Positions 16,963 to 26,561 of a stretch of 64,000 nucleotides of DNA are shown in pieces. The DNA comes from a virus, in the IMG/VR virus record IMGVR_UViG_3300016657_000126, positions 24,885-88,884 of that record. One strand, given 5' to 3'. The notes beneath the pieces were generated by a model, which did no database searches, was not told the origin of the DNA, and saw nothing but the letters and a program-made list of their open reading frames with translations. How positions within the stretch are numbered: position 1 is the first letter of the stretch; each line of letters starts with the position of its first letter. The position numbers and the translations under genes were made by a program.

Positions 16963-17412
16963 TCAGTATTCGCAAGGCGAGCCGACCACACCGAGATGCT
17001 TCTCCGCCTGCTCGTAGATGTCGGCGAGCTTGATGGTCTGAGTCATCCCCGAGGCGTTCACAGCTACGGCGTATCCGTGAAGGAAGCGTAGGTGATCGGC
17101 GGAGAGCTCCATGAACACGGCGACCTCTCCGTCCGCCAGGTGCTCCGACAGCTCGGAGGGGAAATCGATCTCGCGACGTTTCTCCATCCATTCCTCGGTG
17201 GTCCATTGCTTTGAGTCCGAGGCCTCGCTCTGGATCTCTGCTTCGGGAATCCCGCGCCCGCTCAGACCGAGCAGGCAGACCTTGCCCGCCTGGTTGTGGT
17301 TCGCCGGAGCCGGAAAGACCTGGAAGTCCTGCTTGAAGCGCTGCGCAAATGCGTAGAACGCGTCGGGGTCCTTAACCTTGAAGTAATTCGAGCGGAACGA
17401 TTGGAACGTCAT
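16963..17412 (-). CDS. hypothetical protein
   Basis: 149 aa; MTFQSFRSNYFKVKD...GEVAVFME resembles a recurrent mobile-element family (recalled). Confidence 0.75.
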   Translation of the reverse strand: MTFQSFRSNYFKVKDPDAFYAFAQRFKQDFQVFPAPANHNQAGKVCLLGLSGRGIPEAEIQSEASDSKQWTTEEWMEKRREIDFPSELSEHLADGEVAVFMELSADHLRFLHGYAVAVNASGMTQTIKLADIYEQAEKHLGVVGSPCEY

Positions 17413-18281
17413 TTGAGTTTGTTTAGGTTGATTTCACCATCCTCCATCAACGTCTCGGACGCGAGGAATCCAAAGCGCGGAACCTGGCCAAGCACGGAAG
17501 CCGCACACAGGAACTTGCGACACAGCATCGGCCGGCGATCATAGGCGGTGCAGCGCGACTTCTCGCGATCAAATGCGCGACAGGTGAACAGGGAACGAGA
17601 CTCGTCGAGCGTGACCAGATTCTCGCGGAAGAACTCCATCGTCTCGAGTTCGATTCGATCCGCTTCCATCCGAGCGCGCTCATACTTCAGGCGCGCAGCC
17701 TCGTCTTCGGGTGACTGAGGAACCAGCGCCTGCTCGTTTGTGCGCGCGTCCATGACGCTGACCGGAATCATGCGGTCTCGCAGCATTTTGATCTGGTCGT
17801 CGAGCGACTGCCCGCGGGGCCAGCGTGGTAGATGAAATGCGCGACAACAGTGACCCGGGCAACTGGCGCAGGCCTTCTGGGCGTTGGCCCGCATGCGTTG
17901 CGCCTGCTCGCTGTTGTCGTCCACCGCCACCTGAAAGTCGGCTGTGCTCTGCGCGTCGCGATCAGAGAACAGCTCCTCGGGTTTTGGAAAAGCAGGCTCG
18001 CGCTGCAGGCTTGTGACGCCGTCGAGCTCGGGCTCGCTCTCTTCCTCTACCAAAAGCTTTGGTCGCACTGCTTCGACCGGATCAACAGGATAGTATTTTG
18101 CCTTCTCCGCCCGCGCGTCGAACGCGTATTTCTCGTCAGCCAGTGCGCAGGCGGACTCTATCTCCTCCAGCGGTGTCAGCTTAGACGGATCAAAGGCCGG
18201 ATCGTCGGCGCCGAACTTACGATCGCGGATGAAGAAGCGGGCCGCCGGATCAGGCGCCATCGGGGATAGGAGTTTGGACAT
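17409..18281 (-). CDS. YkgJ-like Cys-cluster (Fe-S/Zn) protein
   Basis: CASCPGHCC and CRAF...CTAYDRRPMLCRKFLC. Confidence 0.8.
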   Translation of the reverse strand: MSKLLSPMAPDPAARFFIRDRKFGADDPAFDPSKLTPLEEIESACALADEKYAFDARAEKAKYYPVDPVEAVRPKLLVEEESEPELDGVTSLQREPAFPKPEELFSDRDAQSTADFQVAVDDNSEQAQRMRANAQKACASCPGHCCRAFHLPRWPRGQSLDDQIKMLRDRMIPVSVMDARTNEQALVPQSPEDEAARLKYERARMEADRIELETMEFFRENLVTLDESRSLFTCRAFDREKSRCTAYDRRPMLCRKFLCAASVLGQVPRFGFLASETLMEDGEINLNKLK

Positions 18282-18906
18282 AGAGGGAGATGCAGTTTGC
18301 GATATCCTTGGTCAGGACCCCGAGGAGCTCTTCGGCAGACTTCCAGCTGTCACCCACATAGTCGCCGCCCCAGAAGCCGCGGTGCTTTATACGCCGCGGG
18401 CTGTCCAGGCGCAGCAGCTCTTCGCCGGCGGGATTCTTCAAGACGACCCAACCGCCCCAGCCACGACCGCTGGTGCGCACGATGGCGATGGTCAGCTCGT
18501 TCTTCGACTGCGGGAACCGCACATGGCGCTCCACGATGAAATCCTCGTCCACACACCCGCAGACCCACGGATGCGTGGATGTGTTCTCTGGTTTGCAGAC
18601 GCCGAGACCTACCCCGAAGAGCGTGATGTGCGAGCGCTCCAGACTGCCGGTCAGCTCGTGCGTGTGGCCGCGCAGCTTCGGCACGAGCAGCCGATCAAGC
18701 GACTCCTCGAAAACTTCCGGAGGAGACTCGAACAGCTTGGCGGCTTCCTGCACGCTGACGGACCGCGTGGGTGCGGCGGACTTGGTCCACTCCAAAAGCG
18801 TCGGGTGATTGTCGTCCCGGGTGTTCGACATCAGGTCCATCCAACCATCGCTGCCGTGTGGGACCGCCAGAAGAACGGTCACTATGTCTACGAGTTTTTC
18901 GCTCAC
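18250..18906 (-). CDS. hypothetical protein
   Basis: Start moved to GTG 18906 (GTGA overlap). Confidence 0.65.
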   Translation of the reverse strand: MSEKLVDIVTVLLAVPHGSDGWMDLMSNTRDDNHPTLLEWTKSAAPTRSVSVQEAAKLFESPPEVFEESLDRLLVPKLRGHTHELTGSLERSHITLFGVGLGVCKPENTSTHPWVCGCVDEDFIVERHVRFPQSKNELTIAIVRTSGRGWGGWVVLKNPAGEELLRLDSPRRIKHRGFWGGDYVGDSWKSAEELLGVLTKDIANCISLYVQTPIPDGA

Positions 18907-19397
18907 TGGTATTCTTCTCCGGTCAGCGCTTTCAGGGCCGCGCACAGTTTGGTGCGCGTGGGGTAGTAGACCTTGGTGCAGCGGTCGACGTGCCAGGCGC
19001 GATGCTCGGGCGAAAGTTGATCGCGGCGCTTCAGGCAGATATTGTCGGTGTTGTCCGCCAACTTGACGTAGAGCGGTCCAGGATCACCCATCGTGATCAG
19101 ACGGTCGATGTATTCGTCATAAGACATTTCCGGCTCGTGGGTGAGTGCTTTCACCATCAGCACCGTCTGCGGCGAGTAACCCAGTCCCAGCAGCGTGCTG
19201 ATGCTGATCATGGGGAAGTCCTCGAGCGTGTCGTGATGTGCGGCCGCTGCCCGAACATGGTAGCCCACGTGGGGAGGAAGGTTTCCGACCACGCGGGCGC
19301 AGTGCGCCGCCTTAGGCTGACCTCCGCGGTCCAGCTTTCCGTTATACAACGCGGCGACCAGCGCCAGCGAAGCTTCTACAGTAGGGAATTGATTCAT
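18903..19397 (-). CDS. HD-domain phosphohydrolase (SpoT/Mesh1-like)
   Basis: DRGGQP...H...AAAHHDTLED, ALTH...YDEYIDRL, VKLADNTDN. Confidence 0.85.
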   Translation of the reverse strand: MNQFPTVEASLALVAALYNGKLDRGGQPKAAHCARVVGNLPPHVGYHVRAAAAHHDTLEDFPMISISTLLGLGYSPQTVLMVKALTHEPEMSYDEYIDRLITMGDPGPLYVKLADNTDNICLKRRDQLSPEHRAWHVDRCTKVYYPTRTKLCAALKALTGEEYQ

Positions 19398-19735
19398 TCA
19401 GTTTTTCGGTTGGTTATTTCTTTCGCGAATTTGCGGGCCAGTGTTACGACGTGACGCGCGCTAAAGCGCTGATGGAATGTCCGCGTGTGCAGCTTTCCAG
19501 CGCACGCGAAGTCCATCCTAGTCAGCTTCATGTCGCTGTTGCTTCCCTGCATCATCACGGTGACGATGCCTTGCGGAGTAATTACATCTCCGTCCTCCCA
19601 AGCGCCGCGGTTCTCGATTCGAGAAAGAGCGCGATTGTTAAGCCGGTAGCTATCGTCGCGCGGAGGTATGCGCAGCAATTTTATTGGCATGGATATCTGA
19701 ATAAGTTCTGACGTATTCGGCCGCGGATTTTTCAT
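19394..19735 (-). CDS. hypothetical protein (start uncertain)
   Basis: ORF with ATGA overlap downstream. Confidence 0.5.
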   Translation of the reverse strand: MKNPRPNTSELIQISMPIKLLRIPPRDDSYRLNNRALSRIENRGAWEDGDVITPQGIVTVMMQGSNSDMKLTRMDFACAGKLHTRTFHQRFSARHVVTLARKFAKEITNRKTE

Positions 19736-20072
19736 CCAGCCTGGTCAGTATCCGGATCTGCGCTGGCTCGTAGACCTTCAACTCAATGCGTCCACCTACA
19801 CGGGCGAACACCGAGTCATAATCCTTCGAGCGAGGAAAACCGCGGTAGACGAAATCGTCCCACTGGAACCGGCTGCGAAGATTGACCCTTCGCGGACGTT
19901 CAAATGTGACCTCGCATATCAGCAGCCCGGGCTCAGCGTTTTCGACGTGCGCGGCTTTCGTTTGCGCGAAACCCCACGCATACACTGGGTCCTCTGCGAA
20001 GTAGAACCCGTCGGGGGAGTAGATGAACTCGGTGAACTTTCGTGGAGTTCCGTGAAACAGGATCAGTCGCAT
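19650..20072 (-). CDS. putative ADP-ribosyltransferase-fold protein
   Basis: LFHGT...GFYFAED...A motif typical of phage ART-like domains. Confidence 0.55.
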   Translation of the reverse strand: MRLILFHGTPRKFTEFIYSPDGFYFAEDPVYAWGFAQTKAAHVENAEPGLLICEVTFERPRRVNLRSRFQWDDFVYRGFPRSKDYDSVFARVGGRIELKVYEPAQIRILTRLDEKSAAEYVRTYSDIHANKIAAHTSARR

Positions 20073-20201
20073 GCGGATATTAGGCGGCAGGCTTCGCGCA
20101 GCTGCTCGACTGTCTCGTCGCCATCGAGTGTCTCGAACCCGTTACGGTCGTTCTCCTTGATGAATACCAAGCAGTCACGCGCGCTGTAATCGGAGAATTT
20201 A

Positions 20202-20477
20202 TCAACGACGCCCATCACGGGCGTCGCGCGTGCGGAGGGTGATCGGGGCTGGGTCACTCAGAACATAGATAATGTTGTTGGGCGTGGGCTTGGCGCGCAC
20301 GCCGCGCGATATGTCCCGCATCAGCTGATGCGCTTCTTGGTCCCGTTTTTTGATCAAGCAGTCCGCGTGATTGAGGGCGAGGTGAGCGTAGTCCGCCGGC
20401 GATCCACCGTAGCGCTTCACGCGCTCGGCTATGGACGGCGCCAATGTGACCGGCGCGCCGCAGATGGAGCAGCTCAC
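20202..20477 (-). CDS. hypothetical Zn-binding protein
   Basis: CSICG...HADC; GTG 20477 overlaps upstream stop. Confidence 0.6.
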   Translation of the reverse strand: MSCSICGAPVTLAPSIAERVKRYGGSPADYAHLALNHADCLIKKRDQEAHQLMRDISRGVRAKPTPNNIIYVLSDPAPITLRTRDARDGRR

Positions 20478-20776
20478 GCCAGCACCCCTAGCTCTTTTTG
20501 AATGCGCGCGCGGAGGGTCCTGATGTCCTCGTGATCCGCGGGAATGGTGGCAGGCGCCTCGGGCCATTGCTTGAGGTCACCCGCCGAGAGCGAGGTAAGC
20601 AGATCTGCCGACACCGTCACGCCCCACCCGGAGGCCCAGCGCACGCGCGGATTCCTTTTGCGATGAACACCGTGATGAAACACGATAACACCATGCACCA
20701 TCTGGTGCTGATGTTCGGTCGGATTCTTCAACTTAACCCGGTCGCCTATGACGAACACTGGTTTCTGGTCACTCAC
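20474..20776 (-). CDS. hypothetical protein, SH3/KOW-like
   Basis: FVIGDRVKLK...GVIV...VRWASG. Confidence 0.65.
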   Translation of the reverse strand: MSDQKPVFVIGDRVKLKNPTEHQHQMVHGVIVFHHGVHRKRNPRVRWASGWGVTVSADLLTSLSAGDLKQWPEAPATIPADHEDIRTLRARIQKELGVLA

Positions 20777-20848
20777 GTGAAACGAATGGTCAGGAGTTTT
20801 CGCTGGTCGGGCGGCATGGCCTCGATCAGCGCAATCGAAAGTCCGGAG

Positions 20849-20881
20849 TAAAACGCCAGCTGCCGGGAAGACAGCTGGCGT
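20849..20881 (-). terminator. rho-independent terminator-like hairpin
   Basis: Perfect 10-bp stem ACGCCAGCTG/CAGCTGGCGT, 9-nt loop, then TTTA on minus strand. Confidence 0.6.
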
Positions 20882-20896
20882 GGCTGGTCTCGCTTT

Positions 20897-21100
20897 TCAG
20901 CGGTGAACCCGTTCGCCGTCTTGGAACTTCCACGGCTCGTCATCATCGTCATCGTCGTCATCCGATTCGTCGGAAGATTCGCCGAGGTAATCAAACAACC
21001 GCAGGGCCACCATCATTATGGATATGGCGGCCAGCGAGAAGCACAGCAGGCAGAAGAGTGTGGCCAGCTGAACGATCGTGGTAAGAGAGGCGATGATCAC
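20897..21100 (-). CDS. small membrane protein with poly-Asp tail
   Basis: Hydrophobic N-terminus, then SSDESDDDDDDDDE. Confidence 0.55.
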   Translation of the reverse strand: MIIASLTTIVQLATLFCLLCFSLAAISIMMVALRLFDYLGESSDESDDDDDDDDEPWKFQDGERVHR

Positions 21101-21106
21101 GTGAGA

Positions 21107-22165
21107 TCAGTCGGAGGACAGGGGAACGATGTTGGCGAGCAGGAGCAGCTTGGTCAGGTAGACCATCTGCTGATTGCTGAGTTTGTTGCCGGTCAGATCC
21201 ACAGTCACGTTCGAACTGACCGCCTGCCCGCCGACCTTCACGTCCTTGTAGGTGATGGAGCCGGTGAGCGCGGACACCGACGTGTCCACGGCAAAGAACG
21301 CGGCCTCGGCATCGGCGTTGGATTCGGTGGTCGCCGGGCTGAAGACCGCTGCCTCGCCGCCGGCGGACTGTCCCTCGTTCAGCCGCACGTCCAACTCGTA
21401 GCGCCCGGTTTTCTCGGACCAGCGGATGTTGCCGGACACGCGATCGCGCTGCAGCACGCCGTTCGGCTGGGAGTAGGTGACGGTGATCCCCTGCAGATAC
21501 CAAGCGGAGCGATCGTAGTCGTAGAGCAACGTGCCTTCGACGGTGGCTTCGCTGTAGAGCGCCACGGGGCCGGCGGGGAGCACGAGACGAACGAAGTCCA
21601 TGCGGTCGTAGTTGCTGACGACGATGGCGGTCTGGCTGGTTCCCGAGCCGCGGGTGAGGCTGATGCGCTCCTTGGCCTTGTCCATCAATGAGCGGACTCC
21701 GCTCTTCGCCGGCGGCTTGGCCGCGGATTGTCCGGACATCTTGCTCTCAAATCCCTTGGCTTTGCCGATCGGGAAGACCGCGGCTTTGACCGTGCCCAAG
21801 CTGTAGTCGTAGATGTTGGACTCGTTGATCGGCACGACGCCGGAGACCTTGCCGACGTTGAGCGATTGCTTGGGGTTATCGGGATTCACCACGGACAGGG
21901 CGACGTCGTAAGTGATCTGCTGGGCCTGGTTGGCGCTGAAGGTATTCGAGATGAACGGACGATGCGCCAGCGTGCCCGTGAAGAGCGCGCGGTTGGCGAC
22001 GTTGAGGTTCAGCGAATACACATCCTCGACCCCGGCCTGCGGGAAATCGCCGTCGCGTTTGGTGCGCGTGGCGAAGTTGATGGCGATGTCGCCGGTGATG
22101 GTGCTCGGCGCTTGGCCGAACAGCGAGCTGATGAACAGGAACAGAAGAAGGAACAGTTTTTTCAT
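21107..22165 (-). CDS. secreted beta-rich protein
   Basis: Signal peptide MKKLFLLLFLFISSLFG-Q; 352 aa. Confidence 0.8.
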   Translation of the reverse strand: MKKLFLLLFLFISSLFGQAPSTITGDIAINFATRTKRDGDFPQAGVEDVYSLNLNVANRALFTGTLAHRPFISNTFSANQAQQITYDVALSVVNPDNPKQSLNVGKVSGVVPINESNIYDYSLGTVKAAVFPIGKAKGFESKMSGQSAAKPPAKSGVRSLMDKAKERISLTRGSGTSQTAIVVSNYDRMDFVRLVLPAGPVALYSEATVEGTLLYDYDRSAWYLQGITVTYSQPNGVLQRDRVSGNIRWSEKTGRYELDVRLNEGQSAGGEAAVFSPATTESNADAEAAFFAVDTSVSALTGSITYKDVKVGGQAVSSNVTVDLTGNKLSNQQMVYLTKLLLLANIVPLSSD

Positions 22166-22188
22166 GATGGGTGATGGTTGAGGGTGAA

Positions 22189-23013
22189 TTAAGCGTTGGT
22201 CCGACCGGGAATGCGGCGAGGGAGATCGTCACGACCCGGAGGCATGCGACCTTCGACGAGCTGCGCCGGCTTGGGTGGAGTGACATCGATCGCGGCCGTC
22301 GCACTGGCGGGAAGCGTGCGCTGCCGAGCGGCGCGGGCGGCCTCGAGCTTCATGCGGTCGACCGTGGCGCCGGCCAGGCCCTGATCGAAGCGCTGGCGGA
22401 TGGTGTCGAACGCCACTTCCGTCTTCAGGCGAGCCTGCCACTCTTCCTCGGAGAGCGCCGACTTTCCGCGGGCTTTGGCCAGCGCCAGGGCCGAGGCCCA
22501 GACGCGCTTGGCGCGCTCGACGCCGCGGGCGAACTCCTCGCGCTGGGCATACGAGACCTTCCAGGACGCCTCGGCCTCGGCGACCGCCGCCTCGAGCTGA
22601 GCATAGTCGTCACGCATCTGCGGAAGTTGCGGATCGTCGGGGAAGTCGCGCGCGAGACTCTCGATGGTGGTGAGGAACTCGCGGTTGGCCGCGTGCTGCT
22701 CCTGGATACCCTTCGAGCGCTCGTCGAGCTGCACTCCCCAGCGACGGTGCTCCTCCTGGAGACTCTCGACGGGGTTTATGGCGGCCGCCTCTTTGATCAG
22801 CTTGATGCGGAGGTTGGCCGCCAGCGTGAAGACGGCCGGGCGCACCATCCAAGCGCCGAGCGCGATGGCGACAAACAGAATGAGTCCGAGAAGTCCGCCG
22901 ACGGCGATCCAGATGAACGGCGCGAACACCGCGCACGAGACGATGAGGAAGCCCCATTTGGCGAGCTTACCCCAGAACTGGGCGCGCGGATCAGTGATAG
23001 ATGAATTTTGCAT
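22189..23013 (-). CDS. membrane-anchored coiled-coil protein (PspA-like architecture)
   Basis: Two N-terminal TM helices then long heptad region; start ATG 23013. Confidence 0.75.
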   Translation of the reverse strand: MQNSSITDPRAQFWGKLAKWGFLIVSCAVFAPFIWIAVGGLLGLILFVAIALGAWMVRPAVFTLAANLRIKLIKEAAAINPVESLQEEHRRWGVQLDERSKGIQEQHAANREFLTTIESLARDFPDDPQLPQMRDDYAQLEAAVAEAEASWKVSYAQREEFARGVERAKRVWASALALAKARGKSALSEEEWQARLKTEVAFDTIRQRFDQGLAGATVDRMKLEAARAARQRTLPASATAAIDVTPPKPAQLVEGRMPPGRDDLPRRIPGRTNA

Positions 23014-23064
23014 GAGTGGTTTGAAAACGAGAGATTGATTTTCCGGCAGTCCTAACAAGCAAGA

Positions 23065-23373
23065 TCAGTTCGCGGCGTAGCCTTCGATTGGCGGTGCGTC
23101 CCATTGGTATGGCTTGAAATTTTCGCCGTAGCGTTTCTGGCAGTATTCGTAGGCCGCCACGACGAATTCTGCGCTGATCTGGGGATGATGCGCGCCCTCC
23201 ACGTCGATACTCCAGCAGCCCGGTGTGAAGTTGGGCGTCATCGGAGGCCGCACGAACACCAGCGTCCGCGGCACGCGTCCGAAGAATCCCCGCGACTCGG
23301 TGAAGATCACCTGCTCGTCGGCCACCTCAACGAAGTATCCACAGCCAGCGAGAACGATTTCTTCTTTAGCCAT
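23065..23373 (-). CDS. hypothetical protein
   Basis: ORF with TGATG overlap. Confidence 0.65.
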   Translation of the reverse strand: MAKEEIVLAGCGYFVEVADEQVIFTESRGFFGRVPRTLVFVRPPMTPNFTPGCWSIDVEGAHHPQISAEFVVAAYEYCQKRYGENFKPYQWDAPPIEGYAAN

Positions 23374-23879
23374 CAGTGATGGCTGCTGCTGACGCAGCCT
23401 CCCGAATCGCAGCTGCTGCTGTCGTGGTGCCCTGAGTCGTAGCTCCCGCCGCTATCATGATGATGCGACCCGCTGTCGTGGTGCGACGAGGCGTCATGAT
23501 GGTTATGGTGAGATGCTTCGGGTGTCGGGTCGGACACGTGGTGCGCGCGCTTCGAGTCCTCATCCTCGCGGAATGCGAACTCGTCGAATATCAGACCAGC
23601 CGAAGCCGCGCCGCGTATCTCGTGGGGCCGCGGATCCGAAGGGGTCACGACATCCGCCGTCTGCGGTGTCTCCCGCCGGCCGGGTGGAATGAAGCGAGGG
23701 GTCGCGCGCTTCTTGGCGTCTTCGGCGTAGCGTCCAGAGAGCCGGTCGTAGGCCTCCTGCCGCGCGCGGAGCTGGCGTTTGCGTTCAGCCCGGGCGGATA
23801 GCCAAAGCCACACGACCAGCGCTATGGCGGGTGACACGATGATCAGGAATTCCAGTGCCTTGAAGAATTCAGCGGGCAT
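23373..23879 (-). CDS. single-pass membrane protein with His/Ser/Asp/Gly-rich tail
   Basis: TM helix then HHDSGSHHHDSGGSYDSGHHDSSSCDSGG. Confidence 0.75.
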   Translation of the reverse strand: MPAEFFKALEFLIIVSPAIALVVWLWLSARAERKRQLRARQEAYDRLSGRYAEDAKKRATPRFIPPGRRETPQTADVVTPSDPRPHEIRGAASAGLIFDEFAFREDEDSKRAHHVSDPTPEASHHNHHDASSHHDSGSHHHDSGGSYDSGHHDSSSCDSGGCVSSSHH

Positions 23880-23882
23880 GTT

Positions 23883-24056
23883 TCAGGGTTTGTTGGGCGG
23901 GTTTCGCCCGATGAGAACGGGAGGTCTGTCGGTTTTCCAATGCTTCCACCAAGAGCCGTCGTATGTCGAGCGCCGGAAGACCGCGCGACCGTTGCTGGCT
24001 GGTATGTCCGGAACCTTCGGGTAGTTGCCAGCCGGGTCGAAGGAGACTGCACGCAT
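23883..24056 (-). CDS. small hypothetical protein
   Basis: Start ATG 24056 (TGATG overlap). Confidence 0.5.
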   Translation of the reverse strand: MRAVSFDPAGNYPKVPDIPASNGRAVFRRSTYDGSWWKHWKTDRPPVLIGRNPPNKP

Positions 24057-24355
24057 CAGACCGGCTCGGCGGGATGCACGACGACCTCGACCTTCTTGTG
24101 AATCACAACCGGCGTGCTTCCTGGAATCTGGAACATGACGCCGGTTGTTAGGCACACCGCCTTGTAAGAGCCGTCGGGGACGTGATCCGCTCCGTGCGCG
24201 ACGCGCATCAGAAATCCCTCACCTGGCTTGGTGCTGGTGGCCGCCGCCAGATACGAGAACTCCGGCTTTCTGAACACCGCGCCGGCGGGAACCTGTTGAA
24301 TCTCCCACTGCGGGTCAGCCGGTGGTGGCTTCGGCGGGGGAACGGTAATTTTCAT
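24056..24355 (-). CDS. hypothetical protein
   Basis: ATGA overlap. Confidence 0.65.
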   Translation of the reverse strand: MKITVPPPKPPPADPQWEIQQVPAGAVFRKPEFSYLAAATSTKPGEGFLMRVAHGADHVPDGSYKAVCLTTGVMFQIPGSTPVVIHKKVEVVVHPAEPV

Positions 24356-24603
24356 GCTTCGTCTACGAGTTCGAAATCGGTCAATTCCACATCATCCAGA
24401 GACACTGCCTCGATCACCTCACCAACCTCTTTCAGGTCGGACACGCGGATGACTTTACCGCTGGTGATGGAGGTTGCCCACTCACCTTTCGCGAGCTTTG
24501 CGACAACCTCTTCACCCGGCGTCTCGGAGAACTCTGGATGAAGCGCGATTGTCTGCCGGACGTTGCCGGATACCGCCATGTCTACACGCACTTCGCGACT
24601 CAT
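24352..24603 (-). CDS. hypothetical protein
   Basis: ATGA overlaps on both sides. Confidence 0.65.
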   Translation of the reverse strand: MSREVRVDMAVSGNVRQTIALHPEFSETPGEEVVAKLAKGEWATSITSGKVIRVSDLKEVGEVIEAVSLDDVELTDFELVDEA

Positions 24604-24803
24604 GAGATCCGCTCCACGCGGGTTTCGATTTCGTCCACAACAGCTTCGCCAGGCCCGGTTATCTGTCCATTGTCGTAGGCCCGATGAACGATCGAATCCA
24701 GCTGCTTCTTTATGCGCTCTACGGACTCGCTCTCCGGTGTGATTAGCACATCCACGGTGAGACGCAGATGAACCTGCTCGGGCGACGGAAAACTCACCGG
24801 CAT
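24600..24803 (-). CDS. small hypothetical protein
   Basis: Start ATG 24803 (TGATG overlap). Confidence 0.55.
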   Translation of the reverse strand: MPVSFPSPEQVHLRLTVDVLITPESESVERIKKQLDSIVHRAYDNGQITGPGEAVVDEIETRVERIS

Positions 24804-25294
24804 CAGGCGGCCGCCTCCTGCGGTGTCGGTTTGCTGAGCTTCTCGAGGGCCTCGATCAGCTCCTTCATCTGAGGGCATTCGCGCTTCAAGCGGGCGAGCT
24901 GCGCCACTGCCGCGTCGATGTGAGGGCGATCCAGCGACTTCAGGTCGCAGATGTCCGGGTAGATGGACAGCAACTGACCGACGGGCTCGATGTGACACAG
25001 CCCGAACTGGTGCGCGGCGATGACCAGATCGCGCCCGCTGCACGAGAGCTTCAGCTTCAGATGCTCCTTGTGGCTGTCGATGGTTTTCACCGACAAGCCG
25101 AGTTCCTTGGCGATTGTTGAAGAAGCCACTCCGTAGCCGACATATTTGAGAACCTCCGCCTCACGCCGAGACAGAAGAGGCCGCACTTTGACGTGCGAGG
25201 GCACCTTGGACAGGCGCTGAACGATATTTGTTAGCACTGAATTTGAACTATGACTTAACGAAAACATTCCAGTCCGATGGATCTGTGTCCGCAT
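24803..25294 (-). CDS. LuxR-type helix-turn-helix DNA-binding protein (start uncertain)
   Basis: LSRREAEVLKYVGYG...IAKELGLSVKTIDSHKEHLKLKL. Confidence 0.88.
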   Translation of the reverse strand: MRTQIHRTGMFSLSHSSNSVLTNIVQRLSKVPSHVKVRPLLSRREAEVLKYVGYGVASSTIAKELGLSVKTIDSHKEHLKLKLSCSGRDLVIAAHQFGLCHIEPVGQLLSIYPDICDLKSLDRPHIDAAVAQLARLKRECPQMKELIEALEKLSKPTPQEAAA

Positions 25295-25571
25295 ACTCTG
25301 CGATCAAGTCGCCCTTCTGAAGAGACGGCGGGAAGAAACCAGGGAATAGTTCGCGCAGTTTTCCTATCGCGCGAATGTCCCATTTGTCTATCACCGCGCA
25401 GGCCGCATCCGCATACTTGGCAACCATCTGCTCACGGGTAGCTCCTTTCGCAGCTTCCCAATCAGTCCCAATCAGATCGATCAGAATGCGCTCCGCGAAC
25501 GGCGGGTTTATGCACGTTATCTGCCCGCGGAGGTCTTCCTTAACCCGCTGTTTTATTTTCGACCAGAGCAT
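25248..25571 (-). CDS. hypothetical protein
   Basis: ORF on coding strand. Confidence 0.6.
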   Translation of the reverse strand: MLWSKIKQRVKEDLRGQITCINPPFAERILIDLIGTDWEAAKGATREQMVAKYADAACAVIDKWDIRAIGKLRELFPGFFPPSLQKGDLIAEYADTDPSDWNVFVKS

Positions 25572-26080
25572 CAGAGTAGGCGCTCGGATCGCGGCAAAGA
25601 TTTGAGTTCCTCATCCAGCTCCGCAAACTTCCCTTTCTGTCCGCGGCTCGCATCCGCCTCGTCGTCGCGGTCGAGCAACTTGAATACCACCTCGATATTC
25701 AAGTTGCTGCGAATCTCGCTTATCACGCCGCCCGACGTCTCGATTATCACGGTAGCCTTCTTCGGTGGCGTCTTTTTAACCGGCTCCGCGGGAAGAGGCG
25801 GGTGGGGCTCTAGGCCTGATAGCTGCTCGAAGTCGCGCGCCAGAGTTCTCCCCCACACCGAGCGCACCTCAGACATGTCGTAGAGAAATTTATTCCCCGC
25901 TACGACCGTGCCCATGGCGAGCTCCACGCGGTGGCGCCCAGGGTAGCCGACCACCATGTATCGACGCTGCGAGCGCGTGTCCTTCCAAACGTCACCGACC
26001 TTGGTCGCGCGTGCCTTCTCCAGCTGAGCGCGGAATCCGAATACGGTCCCCGATGGGACCGTGGGAAGAGGCTTACTCAC
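25571..26080 (-). CDS. hypothetical protein
   Basis: Start moved to GTG 26080. Confidence 0.6.
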   Translation of the reverse strand: MSKPLPTVPSGTVFGFRAQLEKARATKVGDVWKDTRSQRRYMVVGYPGRHRVELAMGTVVAGNKFLYDMSEVRSVWGRTLARDFEQLSGLEPHPPLPAEPVKKTPPKKATVIIETSGGVISEIRSNLNIEVVFKLLDRDDEADASRGQKGKFAELDEELKSLPRSERLL

Positions 26081-26559
26081 AGGTGGAACGCCTTCGGCAT
26101 CGCCGCGGGAACCAGCCCAACGAATGACGCGCTGCAGCAGCAGGACACTTGGAGCAGGCGCCCGTCGCTGGCAAACTGCCATACGAAGTCGACCTTCGGC
26201 GGATGGGCGAAAGCAAAGCCCTCCGAGGCGCCGTGAGCCCGCCCGAGCAGACGCCCGACGTAACGCGCGACGAATGCGGGGGCCTTGGTAAGGAAATCGT
26301 CGGCGCGAAAAACTTCACGTTGCTGGAGCATGTAGACCGTGACGCGCGCGTTCGTCGTGAATGTCCGCCCCGATATGGCGTCGCGCACGTTGCTTCCTTC
26401 GTCCAACTCCACTTCGACGAACGGAGGGACTTGCGGGTCGTCCGCGATACCCTGCAGCTCGGGCAGCACTTGGTATGCGGAGAACTGTTCCTTGATTTGC
26501 TGGCTCAACAACTCGGCTTTCTCGGCAATGGCGGACGGAATAATGAAGGGGGCGATCAT
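26077..26559 (-). CDS. hypothetical protein
   Basis: Start moved to ATG 26559. Confidence 0.6.
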   Translation of the reverse strand: MIAPFIIPSAIAEKAELLSQQIKEQFSAYQVLPELQGIADDPQVPPFVEVELDEGSNVRDAISGRTFTTNARVTVYMLQQREVFRADDFLTKAPAFVARYVGRLLGRAHGASEGFAFAHPPKVDFVWQFASDGRLLQVSCCCSASFVGLVPAAMPKAFHL

Positions 26560-26561
26560 GG

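Noticed and set aside
23376-23500. His/Ser/Asp short repeats, and the GAT/GAC run at ~20938-20968, as DNA repeat elements
   Set aside because: Explained by low-complexity protein tails in frame.
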